Under the pieces are notes generated by a model, which saw only the letters and a program-made list of their open reading frames with translations, was not told the origin of the DNA and did no database searches. Positions 1 to 9,296 of a stretch of 64,000 bases of DNA are shown here, one piece after another. Position 1 is the first letter of the stretch. Every line of letters starts with the position of its first letter. The translations under genes and the position numbers were made by a program. This DNA is from Paracoccaceae bacterium (GTDB taxonomy: Bacteria; Pseudomonadota; Alphaproteobacteria; Rhodobacterales; Rhodobacteraceae): assembly GCA_050256375.1 (NCBI GenBank), contig JBBWVU010000020.1, forward strand, positions 38,485 through 102,484, given 5' to 3'.

Positions 1-285
1 TGCGTCGACTTTGATAGTCATGACGCGCATCACATCTTCGTGCAAACGCATAAGGCGTTCCATTTCCTGAACGGCCGCAGTTGGCGCGTCGGATTTCACG
101 AAGGCATAGTGGCCCTTGCGGTTTTTGTTAACTTTGTAGGCCATAGTTTTAAGGCCCCAGTATTCCTTATCAACGACTTTGCCGCCGTTGTCGGAAAGGA
201 TAGCGCCGAAGTGCTCGATGAGACCTTCAGCTTGCACGTTGGACAAGTCCTGACGCGAAATAAATACGTGCTCGTAGAGCGCCAT
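1..285 (-). CDS. rpsF: 30S ribosomal protein S6 (partial; 3' end runs off the window start)
   Basis: Not in the ORF track. Hand translation from the ATG at 285 gives MALYEHVFISRQDLSNVQAEGLIEHF...KEYWGLKTMAYKVNKNRKGHY...MERLMRLHEDVMRVMTIKVD, a typical alphaproteobacterial S6. Confidence 0.95.
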   Translation of the reverse strand, partial: MALYEHVFISRQDLSNVQAEGLIEHFGAILSDNGGKVVDKEYWGLKTMAYKVNKNRKGHYAFVKSDAPTAAVQEMERLMRLHEDVMRVMTIKVDA

Positions 286-485
286 ATTAGTCACCTATAT
301 TTAGACGTGCTTCAAAATGCGGACATTAAACCCTCCGGCCCGCATACGAGAGGCCACGTGTGAATGGTTCTCGGAGGAATGGCGCCTTATACGCCCGTCA
401 GGCGGAAATGCAAGAGGTGTCCTTGAATGCATTCCTATGTCAGGATAAACGCGAAGCAATGATAAACAATCGAGAGGGCCAGTTC

Positions 486-1400
486 ATGAGCCGAGCATTC
501 GTATTCCCCGGCCAAGGGGCGCAATCTATCGGGATGGGTAAGGCATTCGCCGACGCATATCCAGCGGCCAAGGCGGTATTTCAGGAGGTGGACGAGGCCT
601 TAGGCCAGAACCTGTCCACCCTGATTTGGGAAGGCGACATCGCCGAGCTGACCCTGACTGAAAACGCCCAGCCTGCGTTGATGGCGACATCATTGGCTGC
701 GATGGCGGCGCTGAATGCCGAGGGCGTGCAGATCACGGATGCTGCTTATGTAGCGGGCCATTCTCTCGGCGAATACTCGGCGCTTTGTGCCGCAGGTGTG
801 TTGTCGCTGGCCGACACGGCACGACTGTTGAAAACACGCGGCAAGGCGATGCAAGCAGCGGTTCCGGTTGGCGTTGGTGCAATGGCGGCGTTGCTGGGGC
901 TGGATTTTGCTGGCGCACAGGCCGTGGCCGAAGCGGCAGCGCAGGGCGAGGTTTGTCAGGCTGCGAACGATAACGACCCCGGGCAAGTCGTGGTATCCGG
1001 CCACAAGGCAGCGGTTGAACGTGCATGTGTTCTGGCCAAGGAAGCAGGCGCCAAACGTGCTGTTATTCTTCCGGTAAGCGCCCCTTTCCATTGTTCGTTG
1101 ATGGAGCCTGCAGCCCGTGTCATGGAAACCGCCCTGAACGATGTGACGTTCAGCGCACCAAGTGTTCTTGTTGTCGTTAACGTCACGGCCGAGGCCTGCT
1201 CAGACCCAGGCGAATTACGCGCTCATCTGGTGACGCAGATCACGGGTTCTGTCCGCTGGCGAGAAAGCGTTCAGTTCATGGACACACATGGCGTAACCGA
1301 AATCTGGGAGATCGGCGCAGGCAAAGCCCTGTCCGGCATGATCCGTCGTATCAATCGCGAAATAACATGCAAAGCCATCAACGGCCCTGACAACATATAA
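486..1400 (+). CDS. fabD: Malonyl-CoA:ACP transacylase
   Basis: FVFPGQG N-terminus and GHSLGEY nucleophile motif. Start set at ATG 486 after GAGGG, rather than the ORF-track start at 360. Confidence 0.96.
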   Translation: MSRAFVFPGQGAQSIGMGKAFADAYPAAKAVFQEVDEALGQNLSTLIWEGDIAELTLTENAQPALMATSLAAMAALNAEGVQITDAAYVAGHSLGEYSALCAAGVLSLADTARLLKTRGKAMQAAVPVGVGAMAALLGLDFAGAQAVAEAAAQGEVCQAANDNDPGQVVVSGHKAAVERACVLAKEAGAKRAVILPVSAPFHCSLMEPAARVMETALNDVTFSAPSVLVVVNVTAEACSDPGELRAHLVTQITGSVRWRESVQFMDTHGVTEIWEIGAGKALSGMIRRINREITCKAINGPDNI

Positions 1401-1443
1401 TGTAGGGTGCCTGGCCTCCACGCACCAAAACAGGAGAACACAA

Positions 1444-2181
1444 ATGTTTGATCTAACAGGTAAGTCTGCCCTCGTAACTGGTGCATCTGGCGGTATCGGT
1501 GGGGCAATCGCCCGCAGCCTCCATGCACAAGGCGCAACGGTCACTCTTTCGGGCACGCGCATTGATCCGTTGAACGAACTGGCCGCCGAACTTGGGGACC
1601 GCGCACACGTCGTCACCTGCAACCTTGGTGATCGCGAGGCCGTGGCCGCCCTGCCAAAAGCTGCCATCGAGGCGATGGGCGGGTTGGACATTCTGGTAAA
1701 CAACGCTGGCGTTACAAAAGACAACCTGTTCATGCGTATGAAAGACGACGAATGGGATGCGGTACTGGACATCAACCTGACCTCGACGATGATCCTGATG
1801 CGCGCCGTTATGCGCCCTATGATGAAGGCACGTTGGGGGCGCATCATTAACATTTCGTCAATCGTTGGCGTTACAGGCAATCTAGGGCAGGCGAACTATG
1901 CGGCCTCTAAGGCGGGCGTGATCGGCATGGGCAAATCCGTGGCCCACGAAGTCGCCAGCCGTGGCATCACCGTTAATGCCATCGCACCGGGTTTCATCAC
2001 CACCGCTATGACCGACAAGCTGACCGACGAACAGAAAACCAGCCTGCTGACGGGCGTTCCGATTGGGCGTATGGGCACGTCTGAAGAAATTGCCGCAGCG
2101 GCTGTTTATCTTGCATCAACGGAAGCGGGTTATGTTACAGGTCAGACCTTGCATGTGAACGGTGGCATGGCCATGTTCTGA
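1444..2181 (+). CDS. fabG: 3-oxoacyl-ACP reductase
   Basis: TGASGGIG, NNAG and YAASK SDR motifs; AGGAG RBS; follows fabD. Confidence 0.96.
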   Translation: MFDLTGKSALVTGASGGIGGAIARSLHAQGATVTLSGTRIDPLNELAAELGDRAHVVTCNLGDREAVAALPKAAIEAMGGLDILVNNAGVTKDNLFMRMKDDEWDAVLDINLTSTMILMRAVMRPMMKARWGRIINISSIVGVTGNLGQANYAASKAGVIGMGKSVAHEVASRGITVNAIAPGFITTAMTDKLTDEQKTSLLTGVPIGRMGTSEEIAAAAVYLASTEAGYVTGQTLHVNGGMAMF

Positions 2182-2369
2182 TCAGAGCGGTGCGGTAGAA
2201 ATCATTTGCCAAACCACTTTAGTATGCTATAGCGCGCATCGAGTGATCACCGAAGGCCTGCCTGCGGCGCTCTTGCTGTAATGGCAACCCGAAGCGCCGC
2301 CATAACCGGCAGCAATACAAAATCAGATTATGGCCAACAATGGTCGATTGAAAACCGAGGAATAAAAAC

Positions 2370-2603
2370 ATGAGCGATATCGCAGGCCGCGTTAAAAAAA
2401 TTGTTGTCGAGCACCTGAGCGTAGACGAAGCCAAAGTTACTGAAACTGCTTCGTTCATCGACGATCTGGGCGCAGACAGCCTCGACACAGTCGAGCTGGT
2501 TATGGCTTTTGAAGAAGAGTTCGGCATCGAAATCCCTGACGACGCAGCAGAGACTATCCAGTCCTTCGGCGACGCAGTTAAATTCATCACTGAAAACTCC
2601 TAA
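2370..2603 (+). CDS. acpP: Acyl carrier protein
   Basis: [21 protein letters not shown] phosphopantetheine-site motif. Confidence 0.98.
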   Translation: MSDIAGRVKKIVVEHLSVDEAKVTETASFIDDLGADSLDTVELVMAFEEEFGIEIPDDAAETIQSFGDAVKFITENS

Positions 2604-2628
2604 GTTTTTCACTGATCTCGAATTAGAG

Positions 2629-2653
2629 CGGCGCCCTAAGGGGCGCCGTTTTT
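2629..2653 (+). terminator. Intrinsic terminator after acpP
   Basis: Perfect 8-bp stem CGGCGCCC-taag-GGGCGCCG followed by TTTTT. Confidence 0.85.
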
Positions 2654-2678
2654 CGTTGGAGGGGACGATCTGAATATA

Positions 2679-3197
2679 GTGGAAACCGAACGGCTGATTT
2701 TGCGCCCTCCCGTTGCGGATGACTTGGATGCGTTTGCAAAAATGCGGTCTGATAGCGAGACGTTAAAATACATCCCGATTGATCCGAGTACCCGTGGGCA
2801 AAGCTGGGGCGGCTTGATGCGCAGCGCGGGGTGTTGGGCGCTGACGGGATATGGTCAATGGATGGTGCTGGATAAATCTTCAGACAAGTTTCTTGGTCAC
2901 GTCGGATTTCTTGATGCGATGCGCGACCTTGGTCCGGATTTTGACGCACACCGCGAGGTCGGATGGGTATTCACACTCGAAGCCTCAGGCAAAGGGTTCG
3001 CAACCAAGGCAATGTTGGCGGCGTTGGGCTGGATGGACGGTAAAGCATTCGGCAATAATACAGTCTGTATTATAAGCGCGGATCATAGCGCCTCGATGCG
3101 AGTAGCACAGAAATGCGGCTACACTCTTTTGCGTAAAGCGAAGGATGAGCACGGCGATATTGTTTTGATGACCCGTAATAATACCGCGGCCACTTGA
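2679..3197 (+). CDS. GNAT family N-acetyltransferase (RimJ/RimL-like)
   Basis: ETERLILRP N-terminus, EVGW...GKGFAT motif and N/HxASxRVAxKCG motif. Confidence 0.85.
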   Translation: METERLILRPPVADDLDAFAKMRSDSETLKYIPIDPSTRGQSWGGLMRSAGCWALTGYGQWMVLDKSSDKFLGHVGFLDAMRDLGPDFDAHREVGWVFTLEASGKGFATKAMLAALGWMDGKAFGNNTVCIISADHSASMRVAQKCGYTLLRKAKDEHGDIVLMTRNNTAAT

Positions 3198-3267
3198 TAT
3201 AGAACAAAGATGGATCAAAATGCTCGGAATAGAAGGCCGCTAAACTTATATAACAGGAGGCAGCTTC

Positions 3268-3939
3268 ATGCGCCCGACCGTAACCTGCTTTTCCGACGTC
3301 CTTTGCATCTGGGCCTACGTCTCCCAAATCCGTCTCGATCAGCTTGCCGCCGAATATGGCGAGCGTATCAACATCGAGGAAAAGTTTTGCAGCGTCTTCC
3401 CTGATGCCCGCACCAAGACCTACACATCCTGGAAAGACAACGGCGGTTACGAGGCGATGAATAACGCCTTTCAGAGGGCGGCCAAAAAGTTCCCGCACAT
3501 CTCGGTGCACGAAGATGTCTGGACCAAGGTCCAACCCCGCACCTCCAGCTCCGTCCACCTGTTTCTCAAGGCAATACAATTGCTTGACGGGGGCACACCG
3601 TTTGCTGAGTTGACCTCAACCAAGGCTATCAGCCAGTTCCGCGCAGCTTTTTTCGCCGAAGCACGCGATATCGCCAATTGGAAAGTTCAAGGCGAGATTG
3701 CCGAGGAACTGGGACTGGATGTAGACAATATCAAAGCCAAAATCCATTCATCCGAGGCAGCGGCGGCATTGGATGCTGATCTAAAGCTGGCCGAAAAACT
3801 GGGTGTCAAAGGCAGCCCGACGTTCGTGATGAACGAGGGGCGGCAAATGTTATTCGGCAATGTCGGCTACAAGCTGATCGAAGCGAACGTTGAAGAACTA
3901 TTCCGTGCCCCGAACGCGGATGCTGCAAGCTGGTGCTAA
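3268..3939 (+). CDS. DsbA/FrnE-like thioredoxin-fold protein
   Basis: FSDVLCIWAY in the CxxC position and GVKGSPTFV cis-Pro loop. Confidence 0.7.
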   Translation: MRPTVTCFSDVLCIWAYVSQIRLDQLAAEYGERINIEEKFCSVFPDARTKTYTSWKDNGGYEAMNNAFQRAAKKFPHISVHEDVWTKVQPRTSSSVHLFLKAIQLLDGGTPFAELTSTKAISQFRAAFFAEARDIANWKVQGEIAEELGLDVDNIKAKIHSSEAAAALDADLKLAEKLGVKGSPTFVMNEGRQMLFGNVGYKLIEANVEELFRAPNADAASWC

Positions 3940-3965
3940 AGATGGTGCGCGGTCTCCACGCACGT

Positions 3966-5309
3966 TTACCCGTCGGCCAAGCGCCGCGCTAAAATATTCT
4001 GACGCTCGGTAGTTTTTCGTAAATCGACCCCTTTCAGAATACCGCTTGAAACAACGGCACGTCCCTCGACATACAAATCTCGAACATTAAACGGACCGCA
4101 CAAGATCAACGCTGCCACCGGATCCCACGATCCCGCAACCTCCAGCCCGCTCATATCCCAGACCGCGAAATCGGCCCTCTTGCCGACCTCCAGCGAACCA
4201 AGATCACTGCGGCCCAGCACCTCTGCCCCGCCGCGCGTCGCGATTTCCAACGTTTCACGGGCCGACATCGCATCCGCCCCGTTTTGCACGCGCTGAAGCA
4301 ACAACAACTGCCGCGCTTCGGACAGCAGATGCCCGGCATCGTTGCTAGCCGACCCATCAACCCCTAACGAAACCTTAACACCCGCATCCCGCATCTGGCG
4401 TATAGGCGCGATGCCTGAACCCAACCGGCAATTTGAACAAGGGCAATGCGCCACGCCTGTTTTTGTTCGGGCAAACAGGTCGATCTCAGAACTGTCCAGT
4501 TTCACACAATGCGCGTGCCAAACGTCGTCGCCCGTCCAGCCCAGGTCTTCGGCATACTGGCCGGGGCGTACTCCGAATTTCTCCAACGAATAAGCAATAT
4601 CTTCATCATTCTCGGCCAAATGAGTATGCAACATAACGCCCTTGTCGCGCGCCAACAGGGCCGTATCCCTCATGATCTCGCGTGATACCGAAAACGGCGA
4701 ACACGGTGCCAATCCAACCCGCACCATCGCGCCGTTATTAGTGTCGTGAAACGCATCCACAACACGGATAGAATCCTCAAGAATCGCACTTTCAGTCTCT
4801 ACCAACCAATCGGGCGGCAACCCACCGTCGCTCTCGCCGATCGACATGGAGCCGCGCGTCGGATGGAATCGAATTCCAACAGTTTCCGCCGCATCAATCG
4901 TATCTTCCAGCCGCACGCCGTTTGGATACAAATACAAATGATCCGAAGACATCGTGCAACCCGACAGCGCCAGCTCTGCCAGCCCTACCTGCGCGGAAAC
5001 GAACATCTCTTCCGGACCCATGCGCGACCAGATCGGGTAAAGCGTCTGCAACCACCCGAACAACAGTGCATCTTGCCCGCCGGGCACTACGCGTGTCATC
5101 GTCTGGTACAAATGGTGGTGCGTGTTCACCAGACCGGGCGTCACAATGCAGCCCTTGGCATCCACGACCACGTCAGCGGTTTCGGGTAGCTTGGACCCAA
5201 GCGCCTCGATCACGCCGTCCCGCGCGAACAGGCCGCCACCGGGTATCTCGCAGCGCGTGTCGTCCATCGTCACCAGCACATCTGCGTTTTTCAATAAAAG
5301 AGTGGCCAT
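3966..5309 (-). CDS. 8-oxoguanine deaminase-like amidohydrolase
   Basis: NTHHH metal motif, HTHLAE, HCPCSNCRLGSG and GVDGSASND. The ATG overlaps the LysR stop (TGATG). Confidence 0.85.
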   Translation of the reverse strand: MATLLLKNADVLVTMDDTRCEIPGGGLFARDGVIEALGSKLPETADVVVDAKGCIVTPGLVNTHHHLYQTMTRVVPGGQDALLFGWLQTLYPIWSRMGPEEMFVSAQVGLAELALSGCTMSSDHLYLYPNGVRLEDTIDAAETVGIRFHPTRGSMSIGESDGGLPPDWLVETESAILEDSIRVVDAFHDTNNGAMVRVGLAPCSPFSVSREIMRDTALLARDKGVMLHTHLAENDEDIAYSLEKFGVRPGQYAEDLGWTGDDVWHAHCVKLDSSEIDLFARTKTGVAHCPCSNCRLGSGIAPIRQMRDAGVKVSLGVDGSASNDAGHLLSEARQLLLLQRVQNGADAMSARETLEIATRGGAEVLGRSDLGSLEVGKRADFAVWDMSGLEVAGSWDPVAALILCGPFNVRDLYVEGRAVVSSGILKGVDLRKTTERQNILARRLADG

Positions 5310-6226
5310 CAAGCCTCCATCACTTCGGTAATGCGTTTGCGGATATTTTCGGCCATAAAATCTATAAACAGCCTGACTTTGGGGTCTTGCAGCTGTTTAT
5401 GCGGATAAATAATCGCCAAATTCGTTGTGCTGGGCGGGGTGTCAGGTAAAATTTCGATCAGATCACCGATGGTCAGATGCTCGGCAATTTCAAACCACGG
5501 TTTATTGATAATCCCGTAGCCGCCCAAGGCCCAGTCGGTCAGCACATCACCATCATCGGATTCAAATGGCCCGTGGACCTCTAGTTTGCGAATCCCGACC
5601 TGAGTGTTCAATTCCCAATAATATTGCTTTGAGCCGGGAAAGCGCAGCAGCAGGCAGTCGTGTTTGTCCGACAGCAGATCATTCGGTTTACTCGGCTCGC
5701 CGCGCGCCTCTAGATACGCGGGAGACGCCGCTAACACCCGCCGGCAATCCATGATCCCGCGAATACGAAAGTTCGAATCCGGTAGTTGCCCCAGCTTGAA
5801 CGCAACATCCAGCGCCTCGGTTGTTATATCGACGTTACGATCCGAAAGGCGCAAACGAACGTTAATATCCGGATATTCGTTATGAAACAACGGCACCAGC
5901 GGCGCAATTAACCGCCGCCCGATCCCCAAGGGGGCCGTAACGTGGATCGAGCCTTTGGGATTGTTTGATATTTCGGCGATGGCCGCTTCGGCCTCGTTCA
6001 GCGCTTCGAGCGTTTTCACAGCTCCGCCATAGAAAATCCTGCCTTGCTCGGTTGTGGTAAGTTTGCGGGTAGTGCGGTTGAACAGCCGAACGCCAAGGTG
6101 TTTTTCCAACTCCTTGACCCGATTGCTGGCCACCGCCGGAGACGCTCGCAAATCGCGCCCCGCAGCCGACAAGCTGCCCAGCTCTACGACGCGGACGAAC
6201 ATTTTTATGTTGTTGATATAAGACAT
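5309..6226 (-). CDS. LysR family transcriptional regulator
   Basis: N-terminal HTH (GSLSAAGRDL...LEKHLGVRLFNRTTR) plus substrate-binding domain; divergent from puuD. Confidence 0.93.
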   Translation of the reverse strand: MSYINNIKMFVRVVELGSLSAAGRDLRASPAVASNRVKELEKHLGVRLFNRTTRKLTTTEQGRIFYGGAVKTLEALNEAEAAIAEISNNPKGSIHVTAPLGIGRRLIAPLVPLFHNEYPDINVRLRLSDRNVDITTEALDVAFKLGQLPDSNFRIRGIMDCRRVLAASPAYLEARGEPSKPNDLLSDKHDCLLLRFPGSKQYYWELNTQVGIRKLEVHGPFESDDGDVLTDWALGGYGIINKPWFEIAEHLTIGDLIEILPDTPPSTTNLAIIYPHKQLQDPKVRLFIDFMAENIRKRITEVMEA

Positions 6227-6353
6227 TTCATTCCCCTGACTACTATGGGCAATACGATACCATTATCTATATTATTTTGAAAGTGTGCCGCCGCGAATTG
6301 ACTTACACTGGCAATTGATATCTGGCATCGTGGCGCAAAATCAGGAGAGTGAG

Positions 6354-7589
6354 ATGTATGAATTTGCAATAATCTGGGACTGGCTGGCCTTCGCTGCACG
6401 CTGGGTGCACGTAATCACAGCCATCGCATGGATCGGTTCGTCGTTCTATTTCATAGCGCTCGATCTGGGTTTGCGCAAACACGAGGCCTTGCCTGAAGGT
6501 GCGCACGGCGAGGAATGGCAAGTCCACGGCGGCGGATTTTACCACATCCAGAAATATCTGGTTGCCCCTGCCGCAATGCCCGAACATCTGACTTGGTTCA
6601 AATGGGAAAGCTACGCCACGTGGCTTTCCGGTTTTGTGCTGCTTAGCTTTGTCTATTATGGCGGCGCAGATCTTTATCTTATCGACAAGAACGTTCTAGA
6701 CGTATCCGCGACCGTTGCTATCCTGATCTCGCTTGGGTCTATCTTCGGCGGTTGGTTCATCTATGACGTTATCTGCAAATCGAAATTCGGCGATAACAAC
6801 ACCCGTCTGATGATCCTGCTGTATATCCTGCTGGTCGCCCTCGCTTGGGGCTTTACCCAAGTGTTCACAGGTCGCGCGGCGTTCCTGCACCTTGGCGCGA
6901 TCACTGCAACAATCATGAGCGCGAACGTCTTTATCACCATCATTCCAAACCAGAAAATCGTGGTGGCCGACCTGCTCGCGGGCAAAAAACCGGATCCCAA
7001 ATACGGCAAAATCGCCAAGCAACGCTCGACGCATAATAACTATCTGACCCTTCCAGTTATCTTCCTGATGCTGTCGAACCATCTGCCGTTGGCCTTTGCC
7101 ACCGAATACAACTGGGTCATCGCCAGCCTTGTGTTCCTGATGGGTGTCACTATCCGGCATTACTTCAACTCTAAACATTCCCGCAGTGGGGATCCGACAT
7201 GGACATGGTTGCTTACCGCCGTCATTTTCATCTTGATAATGTGGCTTTCGACGGTGCCCAAAGTTCTGTCTGGCGACCCTGAAGAAATCGCTTACAACGC
7301 TCGCGAGGAACGTCTGATTCTGGCCGAAAACTTCGAGGATGTTCGCAACACAATCCTTGGTCGTTGTTCTATGTGCCACGCCGCCGAGCCTTACTGGGAA
7401 GGTATTCGCGAAGCCCCAAAAGGGGTGATTCTTGAAGAAGACCACCAGATCGTCGCCCTTGCCCGTGAGATATATCTACAAGCAGGGCGCACCCATGCCA
7501 TGCCTCCGGGAAATGTGACGTTCATGGAAGATTCCGAGCGCCGTATGATTTCGTCATGGTACGAAGCTTCCGTGTCTGGCAAATCATGA
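6354..7589 (+). CDS. puuD: Urate hydroxylase PuuD (membrane protein with C-terminal cytochrome c)
   Basis: RWVHVITAIAWIGSSFYF, WQVHGGGFY, RSTHNNY and the heme motif CSMCH; purine-catabolism context. Start at ATG 6354 after AGGAGAG. Confidence 0.85.
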   Translation: MYEFAIIWDWLAFAARWVHVITAIAWIGSSFYFIALDLGLRKHEALPEGAHGEEWQVHGGGFYHIQKYLVAPAAMPEHLTWFKWESYATWLSGFVLLSFVYYGGADLYLIDKNVLDVSATVAILISLGSIFGGWFIYDVICKSKFGDNNTRLMILLYILLVALAWGFTQVFTGRAAFLHLGAITATIMSANVFITIIPNQKIVVADLLAGKKPDPKYGKIAKQRSTHNNYLTLPVIFLMLSNHLPLAFATEYNWVIASLVFLMGVTIRHYFNSKHSRSGDPTWTWLLTAVIFILIMWLSTVPKVLSGDPEEIAYNAREERLILAENFEDVRNTILGRCSMCHAAEPYWEGIREAPKGVILEEDHQIVALAREIYLQAGRTHAMPPGNVTFMEDSERRMISSWYEASVSGKS

Positions 7590-8869
7590 AGAAAATTTTA
7601 AGAGGCCGCGTTGTTAACTTTACCTCAGAACCCGCCAATGCTGACGACCTGTCGGCGGTAACCTATATCGAAGACGGTGGCATCCTGATCGAGGGTGGTG
7701 CGATACTTGCTGCAGCAGAGTTCAGTGATCTGGACACCACGGGCACAGAGGTGATCGACCACCGCCCGAACCTGCTGATGGCCGGTTTTATTGATACCCA
7801 TAATCATTTCCCGCAAATGCAGGTTATTGGGTCATATGGCGCACAGCTGCTGGACTGGCTAAATAATTATACGTTTCCGGCAGAAACTAAATTTGTAGAT
7901 CCTGAACATGCTGAACGCATTGCCGTAAAATACTTCGATGAAATGCTGCGCAATGGAACCACAACACCTGTTGCCTTTTGCTCGGTTCATAAGGCGTCTG
8001 CAGAGGCGTATTTTGCTGAAGCTGAACGTCGCAATATCCGTGCGCTAGGTGGCAAGGTACTTATGGACCGGAACGCGCCCGAAGGTTTGCTCGACACGCC
8101 GCAAAGTGCTTATGACGATACAAACGAATTAATTGCCGAATGGCACAGCAGGGGCAGGGGGCTTTATGTCATCAGCCCGCGTTTTGCAATTACTTCAACG
8201 CCCGAACAATTGGAAATGGCGCAAGCGCTCGTTGCTGAAAACCCGACGTGTTATATGCAAACACATTTGTCGGAAAATCACGACGAGATCGCCTATACCA
8301 TGTCGCTATATCCTGAACACTCTGACTATCTGGGAATATATGAGCATTACGGGTTGTTAGGGCCTCGTGCCTTACTCGGCCACTCGATTCACCTTAGTGA
8401 TCGCGAAAGATCGGTGATGACCGATACAGATTCTGTTGCTGTTTTCTGCCCGACATCCAATCTTTTCATTGGCTCCGGTTTGTTCAATGAAGAGCGCACC
8501 CGCAAAGATGGCATCCGCATTGCGGTGGCAACGGATATAGGTGGCGGCACCAGTTATTCAATGCTGCGAACAATGGGCGAAGCCTATAAGGTCTGCCAGT
8601 TGCAAAACCAGAACCTGCCACCGCTTTACGCATTCTACCTGATGACATTGGGTAATGCGAAGGCACTTGGGCTGGAATCGGATATAGGAAACCTTGATGC
8701 GGGCTCCGAGGCAGACATCGTGGTACTAGATGCATTCGCAACACCGGCGATGGCCTTGCGGATGGAGACGGTTACGACGCTGCCCGAAGAATTGTTTGTT
8801 CTACAAACTCTTGGGGATGACAGATCAATTGCGGAAACTTACGTGGCCGGAGTTGCCGCCAAGCTCTAG
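7586..8869 (+). CDS. guaD: Guanine deaminase
   Basis: GFIDTHNHFPQ, PRFAITST, QTHLSEN, FCPTSNLFIGSG and TDIGGGTS. The ATG overlaps the puuD stop (ATGA). Confidence 0.92.
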   Translation: MKKILRGRVVNFTSEPANADDLSAVTYIEDGGILIEGGAILAAAEFSDLDTTGTEVIDHRPNLLMAGFIDTHNHFPQMQVIGSYGAQLLDWLNNYTFPAETKFVDPEHAERIAVKYFDEMLRNGTTTPVAFCSVHKASAEAYFAEAERRNIRALGGKVLMDRNAPEGLLDTPQSAYDDTNELIAEWHSRGRGLYVISPRFAITSTPEQLEMAQALVAENPTCYMQTHLSENHDEIAYTMSLYPEHSDYLGIYEHYGLLGPRALLGHSIHLSDRERSVMTDTDSVAVFCPTSNLFIGSGLFNEERTRKDGIRIAVATDIGGGTSYSMLRTMGEAYKVCQLQNQNLPPLYAFYLMTLGNAKALGLESDIGNLDAGSEADIVVLDAFATPAMALRMETVTTLPEELFVLQTLGDDRSIAETYVAGVAAKL

Positions 8870-9138
8870 TTTTTAGGGTCTGGCCAGCTTGTCCAAGGAA
8901 ACGGTTTTTCCTCGCTTGCATAGCTCAGGTATTTAGCATTCTGTGCCATCCATAGACTAAGCGCTGCGCCAAAATTAGCCAACTGCTCGTTTGGTTCCTC
9001 GTTTACGAGGGACCAGATAAACTGGATTATTGCAATTATATATAAAGCTGCCTCCGCCAGACCAAAGCAGACAATTAAAACGATCATCGGAAGAAGGCGG
9101 GCCCACCGTGACGGGCGAATTTCTGTGTCAGTGTCCAT
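8866..9138 (-). CDS. DUF4389-like small membrane protein
   Basis: RWARLLPM...QFIW...N.QL.NFG..L...SEEKPFPW pattern; start uncertain (9138 or 9183). Confidence 0.65.
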   Translation of the reverse strand: MDTDTEIRPSRWARLLPMIVLIVCFGLAEAALYIIAIIQFIWSLVNEEPNEQLANFGAALSLWMAQNAKYLSYASEEKPFPWTSWPDPKN

Positions 9139-9296
9139 AACAAATCCCCAGTTTATTTGTGGCATTGTTAATACCATTAACATCTAGTGATTTCTTTCAC
9201 CAACACAAGGTATTGGCTGCAAAAACCAGCATTCACGCGAGGGTTTTTATCAACAGGAGTTGAAATTCTCGGGGACAGTAAGCGCGCCGCAAGATA

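Noticed and set aside
40-485. 107-aa plus-strand ORF at 40-363 and the N-terminal extension of fabD from 360
   Set aside because: The ORF is the antisense shadow of rpsF. FabD homology begins at ATG 486, which has an RBS.
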